From: a virus
Taxonomy: Duplodnaviria; Caudoviricetes
IMG/VR virus record: IMGVR_UViG_3300046779_000350
Coordinates: 1 to 41,655 of that record
Length of the DNA: 41,655 bases
Strand: one strand, 5' to 3'
Part shown: positions 36,378 through 41,655 of the stretch, one piece after another
Numbering within the stretch: the first letter of the stretch is position 1
Layout of the letters: every line of letters begins with the position of its first letter
Position numbers and translations under genes: made by a program
Notes under the pieces: model-generated
Told to the model about the DNA's origin: nothing
The model's database searches: none
Seen by the model: only the letters and a program-made list of their open reading frames with translations

Positions 36378-37151
36378 ATGGCAGAAGTAGAAGTACCTAG
36401 AGATAGGTACGGCAGACCAATGATTGTGCCACCGAAGGGTGGCAAGCCAGTTGCATATACAAGAACAACAACAGTTGCAGGTTCATTAGATGATGGCACT
36501 GCATTAGTTGCATGGAAGTTACGTATGGCAGCAACTGGATTAACATTACGCTCTGACTTATTGCTTGCTGCATCTGCAGCACGTGAAGATAAGTTAGAGA
36601 TGGACAAGTTAGTTGAAGATGCAATGGAAGCAGCAGGTGCTACTAAGCAGGCTACTATTGGTACAGCAATCCACTCACTAACAGAAAAGTTGGATAGAGG
36701 TCAAGACCTCGGACCAATACCAGATGATTACGTTGCTGACATACAAGCGTATGCAGAAGCAACTAAGAACTTTACTAACATTCATATCGAACAGTTCTGT
36801 GTGCTAGATAAGTATAAGATTGCTGGCACACCAGACCGCATTGTCGAATACAAAGGTGAGAAGTTTATCTCTGACCTTAAGACAGGAAGCATTAGTTACC
36901 CAAACAAAATCGCTATGCAGTTAGCAGTCTATGCACACGGCTTGCCGTATGACCCTGCTACGGCAACCCGTGGTTCGTGGGGTGACATCAACACAGAGAA
37001 GGGAATCATCGTTCATCTACCAGCAGGTAGTGGACAATGCACTCTTCACTTTGTAGACTTAGTTCATGGTTGGAAAGGTATTGACCTAGCCATGAAAGTA
37101 AGAAAGCACCGCGAAAAGAAAAACATATCTACACCAATACAAGGAGAATAA
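36378..37151 (+). CDS. PD-(D/E)XK exonuclease (Cas4/RecB-like)
   Basis: PRDRYGRP, GTAIHSLTE, IAGTPDRIV, ISDLKTG, MQLAVYA. Confidence 0.88.
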   Translation: MAEVEVPRDRYGRPMIVPPKGGKPVAYTRTTTVAGSLDDGTALVAWKLRMAATGLTLRSDLLLAASAAREDKLEMDKLVEDAMEAAGATKQATIGTAIHSLTEKLDRGQDLGPIPDDYVADIQAYAEATKNFTNIHIEQFCVLDKYKIAGTPDRIVEYKGEKFISDLKTGSISYPNKIAMQLAVYAHGLPYDPATATRGSWGDINTEKGIIVHLPAGSGQCTLHFVDLVHGWKGIDLAMKVRKHREKKNISTPIQGE

Positions 37152-37615
37152 TGTCCAGTACAGAAGCACCTATCAGCATCACCGTTAAGTCACCAGCAGG
37201 TTCACTCGTAACCTTGCGTGCAGAAAACGGAGAAGAACTAGACCAGCGAGTTGCTATGTCTCTCGCATCTATCGTATCTGCTACAGAAGAACTCGAAAAA
37301 GCAGTGCGTGGCACTGGTTTCAGCGCACCTGCAGCAACACCTATGGACCCAGCAGTTGGCTATCTAGCACAGTCAATGGGCGGTACAGTTGTTGCTGAAT
37401 CATTTGCACCAGCAGCAGCACCAGCAGGTGGTGGACAGCGCATGTGTCCTCATGGAACTATGACACGTATTCATGGCATGACTGGAAAGTTTGGTCCTTA
37501 CAAGGGTCACTTCTGTCCAGCAAAGCAAGGCGACCCAACCAAGTGTGCAACACAATATGTTAAGGCTAACTCACCAGAGTTCGCTTCATTCGTAGCAGAC
37601 CAAACAAAGGCATAA
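37151..37615 (+). CDS. Conserved actinophage protein with C-terminal CPHG...FCP...C motif
   Basis: Lies between nuclease and helicase; Ala/Pro linker, putative Zn site. Confidence 0.8.
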   Translation: MSSTEAPISITVKSPAGSLVTLRAENGEELDQRVAMSLASIVSATEELEKAVRGTGFSAPAATPMDPAVGYLAQSMGGTVVAESFAPAAAPAGGGQRMCPHGTMTRIHGMTGKFGPYKGHFCPAKQGDPTKCATQYVKANSPEFASFVADQTKA

Positions 37616-38431
37616 ATGAAAACACTACGCCGTAGCGTAGGCAAGGCAGAGGTAGGTGGCGAACCATTGCCACCACCTTTCCAAGCCTTCGCAAGAGAAG
37701 GAATTATCTTACGGCGTGCAGAAGTAACAGTAATTGCAGGCACTCCTGGTGCAGGCAAGTCAAGTATTGCATTGCATATTGCAGCAAGATTAAAACAACC
37801 AACATTATATTTCTCTGCAGATACCAATGCACATACTATGGCTATGAGATTGCTAGCACTCCGCGCACGCATTCCACAACAGCAAGCAGAACAAATGTTA
37901 AAGACGCAGCCAGATACAGCCGAGTCTATCTTGCGTGAGTATGGGAATATGTATTGGTCATTCGAACCAAGTCCTACTCTCCGCGACTTAGATGAAGAAG
38001 TATCTGCATTTGAAACTATCTGGGGTAGGTCTCCTACACTTATAGTTGTAGACAATCTTATGGATATTGCTATTGATGGACACGAAGAATTCGCAGGCAT
38101 GCGACAAGTTATGAAAGAACTTAAGTACCTTGCAAGAGATACTAACGCAGCCGTATTAGTGTTACACCATACGCAGGAAGGTGCGCCTGGTTATCCGTGT
38201 CAGCCACGCTCTGCGTTGCAAGGCAAGGTTGCACAGATTCCTGCTATGGTGCTAACTGTAGGTCAGATGATGCAGGGACAAGACGCATATCTATGCGTAG
38301 CCCCTGTTAAGAATCGCTATGGCAAGGCAGATGCAACAGGTAATACTTATATCTCATTATCATTTGAGCCTGGCTCAATGTATCTTGAGGACGTAGTAAG
38401 AGACTATAGACAGGTAGAGATGACAGTATGA
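37616..38431 (+). CDS. DnaB-like (SF4) helicase, ATPase domain only
   Basis: Walker A AGTPGAGKS, YFSAD, LIVVDNL, VLHHT, VKNRYG. Confidence 0.9.
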   Translation: MKTLRRSVGKAEVGGEPLPPPFQAFAREGIILRRAEVTVIAGTPGAGKSSIALHIAARLKQPTLYFSADTNAHTMAMRLLALRARIPQQQAEQMLKTQPDTAESILREYGNMYWSFEPSPTLRDLDEEVSAFETIWGRSPTLIVVDNLMDIAIDGHEEFAGMRQVMKELKYLARDTNAAVLVLHHTQEGAPGYPCQPRSALQGKVAQIPAMVLTVGQMMQGQDAYLCVAPVKNRYGKADATGNTYISLSFEPGSMYLEDVVRDYRQVEMTV

Positions 38432-38784
38432 GTAACGCAGCAAAGGCTAAAGGTTCTGGAGCAGAGAGAGATGTCGTTGTATATCTCAAAGAGAATGATT
38501 TTAAATATGCTGATAGACGATTGGCTGGCGCTACGTTAGATAAGGGTGACATCTCAGGTATACCTGGAGTTACAATTGAAATCAAGAATCATGCCAAGAT
38601 GAACTTGGCTGGATGGACAGAGGAATTGCTCATAGAAATGAGCAATGACGGGGCGTGGACAGGCGTGGTGTGGCACAAACGGAAAGGGAAGCGGAGCCCT
38701 AAAGATTGGTACTGCACCATGCCTGGACATGTGTGGTTAGACCTACTAAAGAGAGCCTTAAACAATGGAGAAACCAAGCATTGA
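38428..38784 (+). CDS. Holliday junction resolvase-like PD-(D/E)XK nuclease
   Basis: KAKGSGAERDVVVYL, DKGDISG, TIEIKN. Confidence 0.82.
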   Translation: MSNAAKAKGSGAERDVVVYLKENDFKYADRRLAGATLDKGDISGIPGVTIEIKNHAKMNLAGWTEELLIEMSNDGAWTGVVWHKRKGKRSPKDWYCTMPGHVWLDLLKRALNNGETKH

Positions 38785-39142
38785 GGAATACCTGCGCTAT
38801 ATAGGTGCAGATACACCAGCAATAGGTGCTGGTTGGCGTAAGATGAAGTGCTGCTTTCATCTTGATAGTCACGCATCAGCAGCAGTAAACTACGATAAGA
38901 ACGCCTTTGTCTGCCACGGTTGTGGTGTCAAAGGCGATGTTTATTCTTTAATCATGTACAAAGAGGGAGTCAATTTCCGTGAGGCTAAACAATTCGCAGA
39001 GACAGTTCTTGCTACAGGCAACACAGAGATACGCAGCAGCGATAGAAAGCGCGAGCGCGTATCTGTCAAGCCGTCATCTCTCGGTAGACGAGGCAAGAGT
39101 CTTTCACTTGGGAGTGGTAGAAGACCCGCTTCCAGGGCATGA
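38765..39142 (+). CDS. DNA primase zinc-finger (CHC2) subunit
   Basis: CCFHLDSHASA...FVCHGCGVKGDVYSLIMYKEGVNFREA. Confidence 0.9.
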   Translation: MEKPSIEEYLRYIGADTPAIGAGWRKMKCCFHLDSHASAAVNYDKNAFVCHGCGVKGDVYSLIMYKEGVNFREAKQFAETVLATGNTEIRSSDRKRERVSVKPSSLGRRGKSLSLGSGRRPASRA

Positions 39143-39614
39143 GCCATACAAAGGCAGGCTTGCTATCCCATATATCACGCCATCAGGTGTGGTAGATATT
39201 AGATTCCGTGACTTGACTGGTACTCATGACGCTAAGTACATGGGATTAGTTGGTGCTGAAACTACTATGTTTAATACACAAGCAGTCTTTGCTGCCGATG
39301 GTTACATATGCGTAACCGAAGGTGAGTTCGATTGCATTATGATGGGTACTAAAACACAGCACCCGACAGTTGGAATTCCAGGGGCTAACAACTGGAAGAA
39401 ACACTACTCTAAAATACTAGATGACTTTGAAACAGTCATTGTGCTAGCCGACGGTGATGCCCCAGGCTTAGAGTTTGGCAAGAAGATTAGCCGTGAACTA
39501 GGCAATGTAAACATCATCAGCATGCCAGATGGCGAAGACGTAAACTCTATGATGATAAAGAAGGGGAGTGAGTGGATTGACGAACGAATCCGAGAATGCA
39601 TTGCCAATGGATGA
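38979..39614 (+). CDS. DNA primase Toprim subunit
   Basis: YLSSR, RLAIPY, IRFR, KY, VTEGEFD, GIPGA, LADGDAPG, DVN; GAGGGAG RBS before GTG. Confidence 0.92.
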   Translation: MRLNNSQRQFLLQATQRYAAAIESASAYLSSRHLSVDEARVFHLGVVEDPLPGHEPYKGRLAIPYITPSGVVDIRFRDLTGTHDAKYMGLVGAETTMFNTQAVFAADGYICVTEGEFDCIMMGTKTQHPTVGIPGANNWKKHYSKILDDFETVIVLADGDAPGLEFGKKISRELGNVNIISMPDGEDVNSMMIKKGSEWIDERIRECIANG

Positions 39615-39888
39615 TAGTTTCTGGGAGCATGCAGACCATTTAGATTTTGATATGATTATACAATTGTCAGATACCAAGCATCTCAATATCCTGCATGCTT
39701 TGCATGATGTGTATCTAGCCATAGATGAAGACCCAGATGATGCTAAGTTTCTTATCACTGGTCTTGCAGCCTTAATGCTATCCTCTAAGTATGGCAAGAC
39801 AGACGAAGTATTCAACGAGATTGTAGTGCAGGTAGCAAAAAAAGACATGGACATAGAACTAAGGGAGTTACTCAATGAAGGACAGTAG
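39607..39888 (+). CDS. Hypothetical acidic protein
   Basis: Overlaps the primase stop; start at MDDSFW inferred. Confidence 0.7.
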   Translation: MDDSFWEHADHLDFDMIIQLSDTKHLNILHALHDVYLAIDEDPDDAKFLITGLAALMLSSKYGKTDEVFNEIVVQVAKKDMDIELRELLNEGQ

Positions 39889-40192
39889 ACATGCAGATGG
39901 AATCACAAAAGAACTACTAGGTATTCTTCTTAAGAAGCATGAGGACTACGGTCCAATGAATATTGCAGGTGCACCTGGCGGTCCTATGAACGGACTGCGC
40001 GTCCGCATGTATGACAAGATGGCTAGACTTAACAACCTAATAGACAGCGGCGACACGCCGAACTATGAATCCATTGAAGATACACTAATTGACCTAGCAA
40101 ACTATGCCATAATTGGTCTACTTGTTCAGCGCAATCAGTGGGCTGGCATTCCAAATGGAGACCAACATGAAGCGAGTCGTCGTCCTCAGTGA
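39875..40192 (+). CDS. DUF1599 / nucleotide-modification-associated domain 1 protein
   Basis: KHEDYG, GLRVRMYDKMARL.NL, ESIEDTLIDLANYAII. Confidence 0.88.
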   Translation: MKDSRHADGITKELLGILLKKHEDYGPMNIAGAPGGPMNGLRVRMYDKMARLNNLIDSGDTPNYESIEDTLIDLANYAIIGLLVQRNQWAGIPNGDQHEASRRPQ

Positions 40193-40904
40193 CTTACAGA
40201 TTCCATATCAAGATGATAAAGCAGTAAATGCTGTTATAGATTTTATCGCTGATTACCAACCAGATGAACTCTGGTGTGTAGGTGATGAACTAGATGCACC
40301 AGAACCATCGCGTTGGAATCGCGGTATGGCTGGCGAATATGCAGGCACACTACAGCAAGGCATAGATACAACTAAAGAAATTATTAGTGATTTCAAGAAG
40401 GCACTAGGAAAGAAACCATTCTATATTCAAAGGTCTAATCATACGGACCGCATTGACACTTACATTCGTAAGTATGCCCCAGCGTTCAGCAGTCTCAAGT
40501 CTTTAGAGATTGAAGAACTACTGGGGTATAACTCTTTAGGAGTAACTTACTTGCACAAGATGCATGAGTTACTACCTGGCTGGGTAATGGCACACGGTGA
40601 TGAAGGCAAGTTGTCACAGACACCTGGAAGTACAGCATTGTCATTAGCCAAGCGTCTAGGCAAGTCAGTAGTCTGTGGACACACGCATCGCGTGGGTTTG
40701 CAACATGAAACAGCAGGCTTCTATGGCAAGACACATACACTCTTCGGTCTAGAAGTCGGGCATATGATGGACATCAAGCAGGCGGATTACCTATCTGCAG
40801 GCACTGCTAATTGGCAGCAGGGCATTGGTATCCTAGTAGAGGACAACAAGAAAGTTGTACCATTTGCTGTACCAATCATTGGTGGCGAGGTACGTCTACC
40901 ATAA
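40167..40904 (+). CDS. Calcineurin-like metallophosphoesterase
   Basis: LSDLQIP, VGDELD, SNH, HGD, CGHTHR. Confidence 0.9.
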   Translation: MKRVVVLSDLQIPYQDDKAVNAVIDFIADYQPDELWCVGDELDAPEPSRWNRGMAGEYAGTLQQGIDTTKEIISDFKKALGKKPFYIQRSNHTDRIDTYIRKYAPAFSSLKSLEIEELLGYNSLGVTYLHKMHELLPGWVMAHGDEGKLSQTPGSTALSLAKRLGKSVVCGHTHRVGLQHETAGFYGKTHTLFGLEVGHMMDIKQADYLSAGTANWQQGIGILVEDNKKVVPFAVPIIGGEVRLP

Positions 40905-41560
40905 TGAATTACATTTCAGAATATAATGAGTTAGTTCAGACACTTGCATCTGAGTATGTTCGTAGATACAGCATGCTCGAACGAGATGACATCGCACAGG
41001 AACTATGGGTATGGTTTGTCGGACATCCACGTAAGTACAAAGAGTGGTCAGACCTAGAGCAAAAAGATAGGGACAAGTTAATTGCGAAATCGCTACGTAA
41101 TGCGGCTCTTAAATATTGTGAGAAGGAGAAAGCCAGAAAGTCTGGTTACGATTCATCTGACCTCTACTACTATGATGCATCAGTTGTTGAAGCGTTCCTA
41201 CCATCAATCATTGCAGGAACATATTCAATCCCTGTCAGTATCCAAGACCTCAACGCTAAATTCGGAAGCGGTAACGTATCGGATGGCAACAACTGGCTCG
41301 CTCTACGGAGCGACATTGCTAGAGCATTTGAGAAACTATCAGATGCCAAGCAAAACATTCTTCGTTTACGATTTAGTATAGATTCCCCAGACTGGTCACT
41401 GCTAGCCAAAGACATGGACAGCACACCAGATGGTGCGCGTATGAAAGTACAACGTGCAATGAATTCATTAGTTAAAAACCTTGGTGGATGGAGACCATAT
41501 CATGACGAAGACACTACTCAATCAGAGCCACAAGAAGAAAGCGGAAGCGACGATGATTAG
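40904..41560 (+). CDS. Phage sigma70/ECF-like RNA polymerase sigma factor
   Basis: Region 2 ERDDIAQELWVWF...LRNAALKY; region 4 AFEKLSDAKQNILRLRF...LAKDM...RMKVQRA. Confidence 0.82.
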   Translation: MNYISEYNELVQTLASEYVRRYSMLERDDIAQELWVWFVGHPRKYKEWSDLEQKDRDKLIAKSLRNAALKYCEKEKARKSGYDSSDLYYYDASVVEAFLPSIIAGTYSIPVSIQDLNAKFGSGNVSDGNNWLALRSDIARAFEKLSDAKQNILRLRFSIDSPDWSLLAKDMDSTPDGARMKVQRAMNSLVKNLGGWRPYHDEDTTQSEPQEESGSDDD

Positions 41561-41655
41561 TACCTATCTTGAATGGTTGACTCAGCATGAGTTCGAAGCA
41601 GATGAATGACCTACGTGGCGAACCAACGTTCGCTTGCATATGTGGTTGTCTCATG
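41469..41655. repeat. Terminal direct repeat (right copy)
   Basis: Matches 1..187 with one mismatch. Confidence 0.97.

Noticed and set aside
36378-37151. Cas4-like nuclease as evidence of a CRISPR system
   Set aside because: Stand-alone PD-(D/E)XK nucleases are routine in phage replication modules; no array or other cas genes.
37507-38100. 197-aa minus-strand ORF
   Set aside because: Antisense to the well-supported helicase; no motifs or RBS.

Overview
The window is best read as a complete, circularly permuted genome (about 41,468 bp plus a 187-bp terminal overlap) of a tailed dsDNA phage of Actinobacteria. It is probably lytic and podovirus-like, and resembles the whiB-carrying freshwater actinophages; that host call is inferred from WhiB, DUF4192-like, FmdB-like, Apf-like transglycosylase and cluster-A-like replication genes. 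It has two arms. The minus-strand late arm (30785->1183) runs terminase, basic proteins, portal, putative internal virion proteins, scaffold, major capsid, a block of Lys/Arg-rich proteins, adaptor, a modular fibre/adhesin array, nozzle-like tail protein and lysis cassette. The plus-strand early/replication arm (31363->41560, continuing 85->1118) includes an SSB-like protein, a secreted transglycosylase, DUF4192, DUF932, a PD-(D/E)XK nuclease, a DnaB-like helicase, a resolvase, a split primase, DUF1599, a metallophosphoesterase, a sigma factor, an FmdB-like protein and WhiB. The arms diverge from a 577-bp repeat- and hairpin-rich non-coding region and converge on a bidirectional terminator. 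I recognised no DNA polymerase, integrase, tape measure, tRNA or CRISPR array. The most striking unexplained signal is a 28-nt H-type RNA pseudoknot present twice, on opposite strands and upstream of ribosome-binding sites, with compensatory changes in stem 1. Several other structured leaders accompany it. All family assignments come from motif recognition by eye, not database searches.
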